Below, piece by piece: positions 20,927-29,616 of a stretch of 64,000 nucleotides of DNA. The DNA lies in contig JAPOHW010000014.1 of assembly GCA_029979265.1 (NCBI GenBank), positions 22,552 through 86,551 of the forward strand. Reading direction: 5' to 3'. Position numbers and translations under genes: made by a program. Each line of letters begins with the position of its first letter. Positions within the stretch are counted from its first letter, which is position 1. The stretch comes from Actinomycetota bacterium. GTDB taxonomy: Bacteria > Actinomycetota > Acidimicrobiia > Acidimicrobiales > Aldehydirespiratoraceae. The notes beneath the pieces were generated by a model. The model made no database searches. It saw only the letters and a program-made list of their open reading frames with translations, and had not been told where the DNA came from.

Positions 20927-21666
20927 GCGACGTGACCGACACCTCGACCCCGCTGCTCGAGTTCCGGGGGGTCAACACCCACTACGGCGCAGTCCACATC
21001 CTGAAAGATGTGGATCTCGCCATCTACCCCGGTGAGCTCGTGTGTCTGCTCGGCGGCAACGCCTCGGGAAAGTCGACCACCCTCAAGACACTGCTCGGGA
21101 TGGTCACTCCCACCACCGGCGAGGTCGTGCTCGACGGCGAGGTCGTCAACAACAAGCCGACGTCCTATCTCGTCGAACGAGGGGTCACCATGGTCCCCGA
21201 GAACCGTCGGCTCTTCAAACGGCTGTCGGTGAAGGAGAATCTCGAACTCGGCGCCTACCTCCGGACCGACAAGGACGGGATCGAGGAAGACCTCGAGCGG
21301 ATCTACGAGATGTTCCCCAGAGTCAAGGAGCGTCTGAACCAGAAGTCCGGAACCCTTTCGGGGGGTGAGCAGCAGATGGTCGCCATGGGCCGTGCCCTGA
21401 TGGCCCGACCTCGTGTCCTGCTGATGGACGAGCCGTCCATGGGACTGGCTCCGGCGCTGGTGCAGACCAACTTCGAGTTGATCCAGCAGATCCACGAAGC
21501 AGGTGTGGCGATTTTCATGGTCGAGCAGAACGCCAACATGGCGCTCTCGATCGCGGACCGCGGGTGGGTGCTGCAGACGGGTCGGGTTGTGCTCGACGAC
21601 ACGGCGCCCAATCTGCTCGCCAACCCGGACCTTCGGGCCAGCTACCTCGGCGAGGGTGACCGCTAG
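20923..21666 (+). CDS. livF: branched-chain amino-acid ABC ATP-binding protein LivF
   Basis: GGNASGKST, LSGGEQQM, DEPSMGLAP, VEQNA. Confidence 0.93.
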   Translation: MSDVTDTSTPLLEFRGVNTHYGAVHILKDVDLAIYPGELVCLLGGNASGKSTTLKTLLGMVTPTTGEVVLDGEVVNNKPTSYLVERGVTMVPENRRLFKRLSVKENLELGAYLRTDKDGIEEDLERIYEMFPRVKERLNQKSGTLSGGEQQMVAMGRALMARPRVLLMDEPSMGLAPALVQTNFELIQQIHEAGVAIFMVEQNANMALSIADRGWVLQTGRVVLDDTAPNLLANPDLRASYLGEGDR

Positions 21667-21700
21667 CTCTGGTGACGAGCTGCCGCCAGTCGGGAGGCGC

Positions 21701-23350
21701 TCAGGCTCGCAGATCGTCGACGGACGCCCACGGCGTCAGGCGGTCCGGTGGCATGACCAGATGGAGCAGCGCACCTGTCGGTGACGCCATCGCTCGCTGC
21801 ATTGCCGGACCGAACTGCTCGGTGCGATCGACTCGTTCGGCGTGCATGCCGTAGGCGGCGGCAATTGCGACGAAGTCCGGGTTGACGATCGGCGTCCCAC
21901 TGATGCGCTCGGGGTATGAGCGTTCCTGGTGGGCTCGGATCGTGCCGTACATGGCGTTGTCGAACACGAGCACGATGGGCTCGAGTCCGGCCTGTCGAGC
22001 CGTGCCCAGCTCCTGCATCGTCATCTGGAAGTCACCATCACCGGCGAAACAGACGACCGTGCGGTCGGGGTGAGCGGCCTTGGCTGCGATCGCAGCGGGC
22101 AGGCCGTAGCCCATGGTTCCGTTCTGAGGAGCGAGGAGCCGGGCTCGGCTTCCGTACCGGAAGAGCTTCCCGTTCCAGATCGAGAAGTTCCCGGCCCCGT
22201 TGGTGATGATCACATCGTCAGGCAGGTTGGCCTCGAGCCAGCGCATGCCCTCGGCCATGTCGAGATCACCGGGCTGGGGTGGTGCGCCGAATCCGTCGAG
22301 GAAGGCTGCTCGACGGGTGGCCCGCCATTCGGCTCGCTGCGCAGCTTTCGCCACGGTGCGGTTGCGAAGCAGACCGATGGTGACCGACGGATCGCCGCAG
22401 ACGCCCACGGTGGTCGGGTAGATCCGGCCGATCTGGGTTCGCTCGGGGTGAATGTGGACGATCCGCTGCGTCGGTTCGTCGAGATCGATCAGGGTCCAGG
22501 CTGCCGTCGTCATCTCGCCGAATCGGATACCGAGTCCAACGATGACATCGGCGTCCACGATCGTGTCGCGCACCGCTGGCACCATGGCAATGCCCGCTTC
22601 ACCGACGTAGTGGTCGCTGTGGTTGTCCATCAGGTCGTGGAACCGCCACGCAGCGACGACCGGGATGTCGTTGGCCTCGGCGAACGCAGCCAGATCGTCG
22701 CGCGCCTCGAGCGTCCAGCGACCTCCACCGGCAATGATGACCGGACGTTCGGCCGCTTCCAGTTCGGCGATGATGGCATCGATCTCGGCATCGGTCGGGG
22801 TGGCACGCTCCACCTCGAGCGGTGTCACGTCGGTCGCTGCGGTGGAGGCTCGCAGCATGTCCTCGGGCAGGGCGATGGCCACCGGTCCGGGCCGGCCCGA
22901 CACGGCGATCTTGAATGCGTGTTGCATGGTTTCGGCGAGATCGTCGACACGGTCGACCTGGTGGACCCACTTGGTGAGCGAGCCGAGCACGCGTTGGTAG
23001 TCGAGTTCCTGGAAGGCTTCGCGCCCGATCTCATGGGTGCTGACCTGTCCGATCAGCACCACCATCGGTTGGGAGTTTTCGCGTGCTGCGTGGATCCCGA
23101 CCGAGGCGTTGGTCGCTCCGGGCCCGCGGGTGACCATGCAGATACCGGGCGTGCCGGTGAGTCGACCCCAGGCTTCGGCCATATAGGCAGCCCCGCCTTC
23201 CTGGCGGCAGATGACGAAGTCGATGTCGGTGTCGTGGAGTGCGTCGAGCACGGCAAGGTAGCTCTCGCCGGGAACACCGAAGGCGTGGGTGACGCTGTGG
23301 GCGACGAGGGCGTCGACGACGACCTGGCCACCGGTGCGGATCTCGCCCAC
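21701..23350 (-). CDS. thiamine-pyrophosphate-dependent enzyme (acetolactate synthase large subunit-like)
   Basis: FGVPGESY, RQEGGA, TRGPGATN, GDGDFQM...N ThDP motif. Confidence 0.9.
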   Translation of the reverse strand: MGEIRTGGQVVVDALVAHSVTHAFGVPGESYLAVLDALHDTDIDFVICRQEGGAAYMAEAWGRLTGTPGICMVTRGPGATNASVGIHAARENSQPMVVLIGQVSTHEIGREAFQELDYQRVLGSLTKWVHQVDRVDDLAETMQHAFKIAVSGRPGPVAIALPEDMLRASTAATDVTPLEVERATPTDAEIDAIIAELEAAERPVIIAGGGRWTLEARDDLAAFAEANDIPVVAAWRFHDLMDNHSDHYVGEAGIAMVPAVRDTIVDADVIVGLGIRFGEMTTAAWTLIDLDEPTQRIVHIHPERTQIGRIYPTTVGVCGDPSVTIGLLRNRTVAKAAQRAEWRATRRAAFLDGFGAPPQPGDLDMAEGMRWLEANLPDDVIITNGAGNFSIWNGKLFRYGSRARLLAPQNGTMGYGLPAAIAAKAAHPDRTVVCFAGDGDFQMTMQELGTARQAGLEPIVLVFDNAMYGTIRAHQERSYPERISGTPIVNPDFVAIAAAYGMHAERVDRTEQFGPAMQRAMASPTGALLHLVMPPDRLTPWASVDDLRA

Positions 23351-23353
23351 GGG

Positions 23354-24160
23354 CTAGAGGTCTTCGATCGGGGGAAACGTGTCGGGGTGGACGATGTCGA
23401 CGGTTGCCGACCGCTGCTGGGCAAGCATGCCGCCGTCGACCTTGATGACGTCACCGGTGACGTAGGCCGCGTCGTCGCTGGCGAGGAACAGCGCTGGTCC
23501 GGTCATGTCGTACGGGTCGCCGATTCGTCCTGCGGGGATGTTGACGCCGCGGTAGGCCCGAGCCTCCTCGTCCATCCCGGCGGTGTCGATCGAGCCGGGC
23601 ATCAACGCGTTGACCCGAACGTTGTAGGGGCCGAGGTCGAGGGCCATGGCCCGCGTGAGGGCCTCGATCCCACCCTTGCTCGCGTCGTAGGCGGTGAAGC
23701 TCCGATGGGCACGAGTGGCGCCTCCAGAGCTCATGTTGATGATCGAACCGCCCCCCTTCTTGGCCATGATGCGGGCGGCGACATGGCAGCACAGGAAATG
23801 CCCGGTGAGGTTCACGTCGATGATTCGTCGCCACCACGCTTCGTCGGCGTCGAAGAAGTGCAACATCGGGCTGACGAGACCGGCGTTGTTGACCAGCACG
23901 TCGACGGTGCCAAAGGTGTCGATCGTCTGGTCGAACATGCTCTTGACCTGCGTACTGTCGGACACGTCGGCGGGGGCGGCGATCGCCGTCCCGCCGGCAT
24001 CGTTGATCCCGGCGGCCACCCCTTCCGCCGCCGTTTCGTCGATGTCGTTGACGACGACCGACGAGCCGACCGAACCGAAGCGTTCGGCGATCGCCTGGCC
24101 GATTCCCTTGCCGGCGCCGGTGACGACGACGACCTTCCCTGCGAGGTCCGGGTGAGTCAT
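23354..24160 (-). CDS. short-chain dehydrogenase/reductase
   Basis: TGAGKGIG, NNAG, YDASK. Confidence 0.93.
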   Translation of the reverse strand: MTHPDLAGKVVVVTGAGKGIGQAIAERFGSVGSSVVVNDIDETAAEGVAAGINDAGGTAIAAPADVSDSTQVKSMFDQTIDTFGTVDVLVNNAGLVSPMLHFFDADEAWWRRIIDVNLTGHFLCCHVAARIMAKKGGGSIINMSSGGATRAHRSFTAYDASKGGIEALTRAMALDLGPYNVRVNALMPGSIDTAGMDEEARAYRGVNIPAGRIGDPYDMTGPALFLASDDAAYVTGDVIKVDGGMLAQQRSATVDIVHPDTFPPIEDL

Positions 24161-24201
24161 GCGCCGTACGCTAGCGTCCGCGTTCTGCAGGAGGAGCGGT
24201 C

Positions 24202-24783
24202 ATGGCGTGGATCGAACGGATTCCGGACGACGAATGGATCGGCGAGCTCGAGCCGCTCCGCGAACGGGTCGTGGATCGTGACGCGAACCGGATCGACAAC
24301 ATCATGAGTGTCCACTCACTCAACCCTGCGAGCGTCGCCGCCCACGATGCGGTGTACCGATCGGCGATGGCGGGTACCAAGACGTTGCGCAAGGTGGAAC
24401 GAGAGTTGATCGCTTACGTCGTCTCCGACATCAACGGCTGTCACTATTGACTCACGCATCACCGGCGCGGTCTGCGCCGACTGCTCAAGGACGATGCACT
24501 GCTCGCTCGCATCGATGAAAGCTGGGAAACGGCCGGACTCGGCCCGAAGCGGACGGCGATGCTCACCTACGCCGTCAAACTCACACGGACACCGGGCGAG
24601 ATGGTCGAGGCCGACGTCGATGCGCTGCGAGCGGTCGACTTCACCGACCGCGATGTCCTCGACATCTGCGACGTGACGGCCTACTACGCGTACGCCAATC
24701 GGATCGCCGACGGCCTCGGGATCGAGGTGGAAGACTGGTACCCACCGGAGCCACCGATGGGTCATTGGGGGGACGACAGGTGA
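24202..24783 (+). CDS. AhpD-like/carboxymuconolactone decarboxylase-family peroxidase-related enzyme, predicted selenoprotein (CxxU, 193 aa)
   Basis: ORFs 24202-24450 and 24559-24783 are in one frame, separated only by TGA 24448-24450; read-through gives ERELIAYVVSDINGCHYULTHH...YAVKLTRTP...AYYAYANRIADGLG; SECIS-like hairpin follows. Confidence 0.85.
24451..24480 (+). other. putative bacterial SECIS element
   Basis: Stem CGGCGC/GCGCCG (24463-24479) with loop GGUCU; GGUCUGC occupies +22 to +28 counting from the U of UGA. Confidence 0.75.
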
Positions 24784-25709
24784 GGTTCTTCACCGATGCC
24801 GACATCGGCGCAGCGCTGCCGTGGCCTGCGTTGATCGAATCGATCGAACAGATCATGATCGAGCCCGACGCCACTGCGCCGGCTCGGACGCTCCACACGG
24901 TGCCCGACGGCAACGGCAACGATGCCTCGTTCCTGTTGAAGCCTGGGTGGGTCGCTGGGGAGTTGATCGGAGTGAAGGCGGTGACCGTCTTTCCCGACAA
25001 CGGCGCGCAGGAGCTTCCGATGGTGCAAGCCGGTGTCCTGCTGTTCGACGGCACAACGGGATCGCTCGTCGGAGCCTGCGAGGCAAACGTGCTGACCACG
25101 CGCCGCACCGCGGCAGCGTCTGCAGTGGCGGCAAAGCGACTCGCCCGAGCCGATGCCCGAACGCTGCTGGTGGTCGGATCTGGTGCGCTGGCACCGATGG
25201 CCGTGCAGGCCCATGCGGCGGTTCGGGACTTCGACGTCATTCGGGTGTGGGGGCGAGATCGAGCAAAGGCCGCCGCAGTCGTCGATGCAGTTGCTTCAGA
25301 GGGCCTGTCGGCCGAGGTGGCCGTCGATCTCGATGCCGCTGTGGCCGACGCGGACGTCATCTCCTGCGTCACCGGCGCAACCCAGCCGATCATTCGTGGT
25401 GCGTTGCTGCGACCGGGCTCGCACGTCGATCTGATCGGTGGCTTCAATCACGCCATGCGAGAAGCCGACGATGACGTCATTCGCCGTGCGTCGGTGTTCG
25501 TCGACACCTATGACGATGCGGTGATCGCGGGCGATATCGCGCAGCCCCTCGAGTCTGGCGTCCTCACCCGAGATGATCTGGCCGCCGACTTGGCCGAGCT
25601 CGTCGCCGGTGCCCATCCGGGTCGCAGCCGAGACGACGAGATCACGATGTTCAAGTCGGCGGGAACGGCACTCGAGGATCTGGCGGCTGCTCGCCTCGCA
25701 TTCGGCTGA
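24780..25709 (+). CDS. ornithine cyclodeaminase/mu-crystallin family imine reductase (possible Delta1-pyrroline-2-carboxylate reductase)
   Basis: GVKAVTVFPDN, TTRRTAAASA, VVGSG, FKSAGTALEDL; GTG start overlaps the upstream stop (GTGA). Confidence 0.88.
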   Translation: MRFFTDADIGAALPWPALIESIEQIMIEPDATAPARTLHTVPDGNGNDASFLLKPGWVAGELIGVKAVTVFPDNGAQELPMVQAGVLLFDGTTGSLVGACEANVLTTRRTAAASAVAAKRLARADARTLLVVGSGALAPMAVQAHAAVRDFDVIRVWGRDRAKAAAVVDAVASEGLSAEVAVDLDAAVADADVISCVTGATQPIIRGALLRPGSHVDLIGGFNHAMREADDDVIRRASVFVDTYDDAVIAGDIAQPLESGVLTRDDLAADLAELVAGAHPGRSRDDEITMFKSAGTALEDLAAARLAFG

Positions 25710-25784
25710 ACATCGACCTGGATGGTCGAACCGATCGTGCGGCTCGACGAAGCCGACCCGGCCGATCCTGAACGCTTCGCTGCG

Positions 25785-26195
25785 TCAGCCGGTGGTGATC
25801 GTGCCGTCGGGTGCCATCACGACAGCGTCGGCCCTGGCAAGGTCCCGGTAGGTCGCATCATCGACGGTGAAGATCGGCACGGTGATGTCGTAGAGCTCTT
25901 CGGCGACGAGCGCACCGATCACGAGAATCTCGTCGGCGTGCTGCATCACGATCCCCGCTGGACCGATCCCGGCTCGGAGGACCTCGGTCAGCACCGACGA
26001 CCCGCTGCTCGAGCCTCGTCCTGCGGGAAGGAGGAGGATGCGGCCGACGATGGACTCCCCGACCTGGGGGTGGGCCTGGTCGATGATGATGCCGGTCCAC
26101 GGGTCGAGGCCGCCCCAGAAGCTGATCGGTTCTTCGAGATGAAGCATCGGACCGCGGGCCTCGCCGGCCATCAACACCCGCTCGGCTTCAGGCAT
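25785..26195 (-). CDS. aconitase X swivel-domain small subunit (DUF126)
   Basis: PISFWGGLDP.TG, HPQ.G, GRGSSSGS. Confidence 0.88.
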   Translation of the reverse strand: MPEAERVLMAGEARGPMLHLEEPISFWGGLDPWTGIIIDQAHPQVGESIVGRILLLPAGRGSSSGSSVLTEVLRAGIGPAGIVMQHADEILVIGALVAEELYDITVPIFTVDDATYRDLARADAVVMAPDGTITTG

Positions 26196-27456
26196 CGACC
26201 CACACACCGTCGTCGCGGACGATCTCGCCGCGTACCGCTGACTCAATGCACTCCTCGACCGACCCGAACGCCACGTCGAGGCCCAGATTGCCAGGCGCGT
26301 AGTAGGCCCATTTCGCCGAGTCGGTCATGGCAACGCCCTCGACATCCTCCATGATCGGCGTGATGTAGGTGCAGGTGTCGGTGACGATCTGCACCCCGCT
26401 GGCCTCCAAGCGAGCGACCCATCCCCGCAGTGCGATCTCGTTGGCAACACTGCGACCGGTGTTGATGTAAAGACGAACATGCGGGTGGACCTGCCGGTCG
26501 TCGAGGACATCGACCACCCGCCCGAACTCGGCCACCGAATAATGCGGTGTCCCCAGACTCACGACCCCGAGCCGGGACGAGGTCGAGGTCGTCAGTTGAT
26601 CGCGGGCCAGCCGAAGATCGGCGGCCGTCACGACGTGGGTCTCGGCTGCAGGAGCGCCGCCGAGGGCTGCCTCGAGGGTCGGAGCCTCCGGGGTCGAGCC
26701 GACGAAGTGGAACATGGCGAGCGCGCCGGCGGCTGCGCCGGCTGCGCCGAGGGCCTTGAGGAGATGTTCGGGAACCTGGTCGGGGCCGCCGACCACCACT
26801 GGCACCGACCGGCCGACCCGCTTGCCGATGTGATGGCCGAGCAGCGGGTAGAAGGCGTCGAGGGTGATCAGGCGTTCGGGCACGGCACCCACATCGAATA
26901 CGACCGTTGCGCGGCGATGTTCGTCGAGATGCAGACCGGCGAGCGGAGCGCGTCCCGTGATCGCAGCAGAGATGTCGAGGAAATCGCCGTAGCGGTGCGT
27001 GCGCGCACCGAGGACCGAGTTGGCGAAGACGATGGCGTTGGACTCGGCCCAGGCCACGTGCTCGCCCGGGTTCGGGCGGTTGTCGTGTTGGTACGGAGCG
27101 CACGTGAAGGTCGGTCGGCAGCCCATGCCTTCGTACAACTCCATCAACAATCGTCCCTGTGACGCGGTGTGGGCATCGCCCCGAAAGAGTTCGGGGTGGA
27201 TCAGGTCGAGCGAGCTGACGTTGAGAGTGGAAGGCACCACCACCTGTGCACCGCCCTCGGCGAGACGCCGGGGGAAGTCGACACTCGCCTGCCCGTTGTA
27301 GAGGCACGAGTCGATGTGGGCACCGGTGATGTCGACCAACCGCTCGGCCCGCATCACCTCTGCGGTCCGGCTGACGACGCGCATTGCGAGGGCGGCGGCC
27401 GGACCGCCGTCGCCGTTGAGGAGCGCTTGGTCGCGATCGTCGAGGGTGAGGGGCAT
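26188..27456 (-). CDS. aconitase X catalytic large subunit (DUF521)
   Basis: AHIDSC, TFTCAPY, AWAESNAIVFANSVLGART, LGTPH, DTC, TDSAKWAYY. Confidence 0.9.
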   Translation of the reverse strand: MPLTLDDRDQALLNGDGGPAAALAMRVVSRTAEVMRAERLVDITGAHIDSCLYNGQASVDFPRRLAEGGAQVVVPSTLNVSSLDLIHPELFRGDAHTASQGRLLMELYEGMGCRPTFTCAPYQHDNRPNPGEHVAWAESNAIVFANSVLGARTHRYGDFLDISAAITGRAPLAGLHLDEHRRATVVFDVGAVPERLITLDAFYPLLGHHIGKRVGRSVPVVVGGPDQVPEHLLKALGAAGAAAGALAMFHFVGSTPEAPTLEAALGGAPAAETHVVTAADLRLARDQLTTSTSSRLGVVSLGTPHYSVAEFGRVVDVLDDRQVHPHVRLYINTGRSVANEIALRGWVARLEASGVQIVTDTCTYITPIMEDVEGVAMTDSAKWAYYAPGNLGLDVAFGSVEECIESAVRGEIVRDDGVWVDA

Positions 27457-27479
27457 TGGCGTCACCGTAGTCTGACCGC

Positions 27480-27959
27480 ATGGACGCGCAGCCCGAAGCG
27501 ACGCTTGCAGACGACGAGGCCCAGCTGGCTGCGTTTGCGCTCGACCTCGGTGATCGCATCGAGGCTGCGATCCCGGACTGGGTCGAGCGTTCACTTCGAG
27601 CACGAGGGGGTGCGGCATTCGATGCGGTGGCGGCTGCCGGTGTGGCAGCTGCGACCGCAGAGGAGGTCATGTCACCGCTTCGCATGGTCCTCGCAGCTGA
27701 TGTCGATCGTGCTGCGGGCTCCCCGCTGGCGGCGCTGAGAACGGGTGTCGGCCCGATGACCAGATGTCTGGACGCCTGGGGTGTGCCACGTCCGATGAGG
27801 GACGAGTTCCAGCAGCGTCGGTTTCCGAATGATCCGTTCGAACTCGGCCCGGCGGCCTTCAGCGAGGTCGACCCGTCGCTGCATGAACCGGGACTCGTGT
27901 GGGGGGCGGCCCGGGCCCATGTTCACCTTCGACGTCGTCGGGAGGCCGGCGGTGGCTGA
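27480..27959 (+). CDS. hypothetical protein
   Basis: 159 aa with GC-type codon usage; TAGTCT 6 nt before ATG; WGAARAHVH C-terminus. Confidence 0.65.
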   Translation: MDAQPEATLADDEAQLAAFALDLGDRIEAAIPDWVERSLRARGGAAFDAVAAAGVAAATAEEVMSPLRMVLAADVDRAAGSPLAALRTGVGPMTRCLDAWGVPRPMRDEFQQRRFPNDPFELGPAAFSEVDPSLHEPGLVWGAARAHVHLRRRREAGGG

Positions 27960-28251
27960 GCGGGTGGTGATCACCCGAGACCTGATGGATGCCAGCCGTT
28001 TTCGATCGGCTGCGCCCGGCGTTGCCATCGTGCGTTCGGCGACCGACGATGCACTCTGCGATGCCGCCGTGGTGCTGGTCGACCTCACACTCGGCATCGA
28101 TCTGGCGTCGATCGTGGCCGAGGGACGGACGGTCATCGCCTATGGCCCACACGTCGACGACGACGCCCTCGTTGCGGCCAAGGAGGCGGGTTGTGACGAC
28201 GCACTGGCGCGGTCGGTCGTCTTTCGCCGCGCCGCCGAGCTGCTCCGCTGA
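27952..28251 (+). CDS. small receiver-domain-like hypothetical protein
   Basis: GTG after GGAGG; VVLVDL, IAYGPHVD, AKEAGCD resemble a truncated CheY-like fold. Confidence 0.6.
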   Translation: MAERVVITRDLMDASRFRSAAPGVAIVRSATDDALCDAAVVLVDLTLGIDLASIVAEGRTVIAYGPHVDDDALVAAKEAGCDDALARSVVFRRAAELLR

Positions 28252-28266
28252 GCGGGTGTCGGTCCG

Positions 28267-28304
28267 GTAACAGACGCATCAGCCTCCGGAAACACTCTGG
28301 AAAT
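28267..28304 (+). promoter_or_regulatory. putative GlnR box upstream of amt
   Basis: GTAAC-n6-(ATCAG)-n6-GAAAC-n6-GAAAT on an 11-bp phase; TACCGT -10 at 28315-28320. Confidence 0.6.
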
Positions 28305-28368
28305 CTTCGCTCTTTACCGTTCGGTCAGGCCCTGGGGGAGCCGCGGGGCGAAGGACTGGAGGAAGTCG

Positions 28369-29565
28369 ATGGAAGGCAACACCGCATGGATGTTGATGAG
28401 CACGGCGCTCGTGTTGTTCATGGTGCCGGGTCTGGCCCTGTTCTACGGGGGCATGGTCCGTTCGAAGAACGTGCTGAACATGCTGAACATGAACACCTAC
28501 TGTCTCGGCATCGTGCCGCTGCTGTGGGTGCTGCTCACGTTTTCGTTGGGCAACAGTGGCGACGGTGAAGGGTTGGAGGCCTTCATCGGCAACCTCGACG
28601 CGCTCGGTCTCGCCGACGTCAAGGGCACCGATGCGCTGATTGCCGTTGCCTTCTCGATGACGTTTGCAGCGATCACGCCGGCGCTGATCGCGGGCGCCGT
28701 CGCCGATCGAATGAAGTTCGCGGCATGGGCGGTCTTCGTACCCCTCTGGAGCCTCCTCGTCTACACGCCGGTGTTCTACTGGGTCTACGTCGGCTGGCAT
28801 CACAGCAAGCTCGACCCGGCCGCCATCGATTTTGCAGGCGGCACCGCGATCCACATCAATGCCGGTGTTGCGTCACTGGCGCTGGTGATGGTGCTCGGCA
28901 AGCGGGCTGGGTGGCCGAGCACGGCCATGCCGCCTCACAACCTGCCGTTCGTGATGCTGGGTGCAGGCATCCTGTGGTTCGGGTGGTTCGGCTTCAACGG
29001 TGGATCGGCCTTTGCCGCTGACGGGGTGGCGGCCCAGGCTGTCCTCAACACCTTCGTGGCCGGCGCTGCGGGCATGATCGTCTGGCTGTTGATCGAGCGC
29101 ATTCGCGACGGTCACGCCACGACCCTGGGCGGCGCCTCAGGCGTGGTTGCCGGCCTCGTTGCCATCACCCCGGCTGCGGGCTTCGTCGGTGGGCTCTCGC
29201 CCATCGTCTTCGGTGGCCTTGCGTCGGTCTGCTGCTACTACGCCATCCAGCTGAAGACGCGATTCGGCTATGACGACAGCCTCGACGTTGTCGGTATCCA
29301 CATGGTCGGCGGCATCGTCGGTGGTGTCCTGCTCGGGTTCTTCGCCGATGCGAGCATCGGCGGTGTCGATGGGTTGTTCTTCGGTGACGGCGCCCTCGTG
29401 GTCAGCCAGGTCATCGCCATCGTCTCGGTCATCGCCTTCTCGTTCGTAGTCACCTTCGTCATCGCCAAGGTGCTCGACAACGTGATGGGGATTCGGGTCA
29501 GCGCCGACGACGAGGTGGCCGGTCTCGACCAGACCCAGCACGCCGAGACGGCCTACGTCGACTGA
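28369..29565 (+). CDS. amtB: ammonium transporter
   Basis: PGLALFYGG, DFAGGTAIH, LWFGWFGFNGGS, DDSLDVVGIH (twin His). Confidence 0.96.
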   Translation: MEGNTAWMLMSTALVLFMVPGLALFYGGMVRSKNVLNMLNMNTYCLGIVPLLWVLLTFSLGNSGDGEGLEAFIGNLDALGLADVKGTDALIAVAFSMTFAAITPALIAGAVADRMKFAAWAVFVPLWSLLVYTPVFYWVYVGWHHSKLDPAAIDFAGGTAIHINAGVASLALVMVLGKRAGWPSTAMPPHNLPFVMLGAGILWFGWFGFNGGSAFAADGVAAQAVLNTFVAGAAGMIVWLLIERIRDGHATTLGGASGVVAGLVAITPAAGFVGGLSPIVFGGLASVCCYYAIQLKTRFGYDDSLDVVGIHMVGGIVGGVLLGFFADASIGGVDGLFFGDGALVVSQVIAIVSVIAFSFVVTFVIAKVLDNVMGIRVSADDEVAGLDQTQHAETAYVD

Positions 29566-29616
29566 TCGGCAACCGGTACCCTCGGCGGTGTGTGCTGTCG
29601 GCGGTTCCGTTGAACG

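Noticed and set aside
24202-24783. Pseudogene or two-gene interpretation of the AhpD-like locus
   Set aside because: The stop is TGA precisely at the redox Cys, followed by a SECIS-like hairpin, with no other lesions; Sec read-through fits better, though it is unproven
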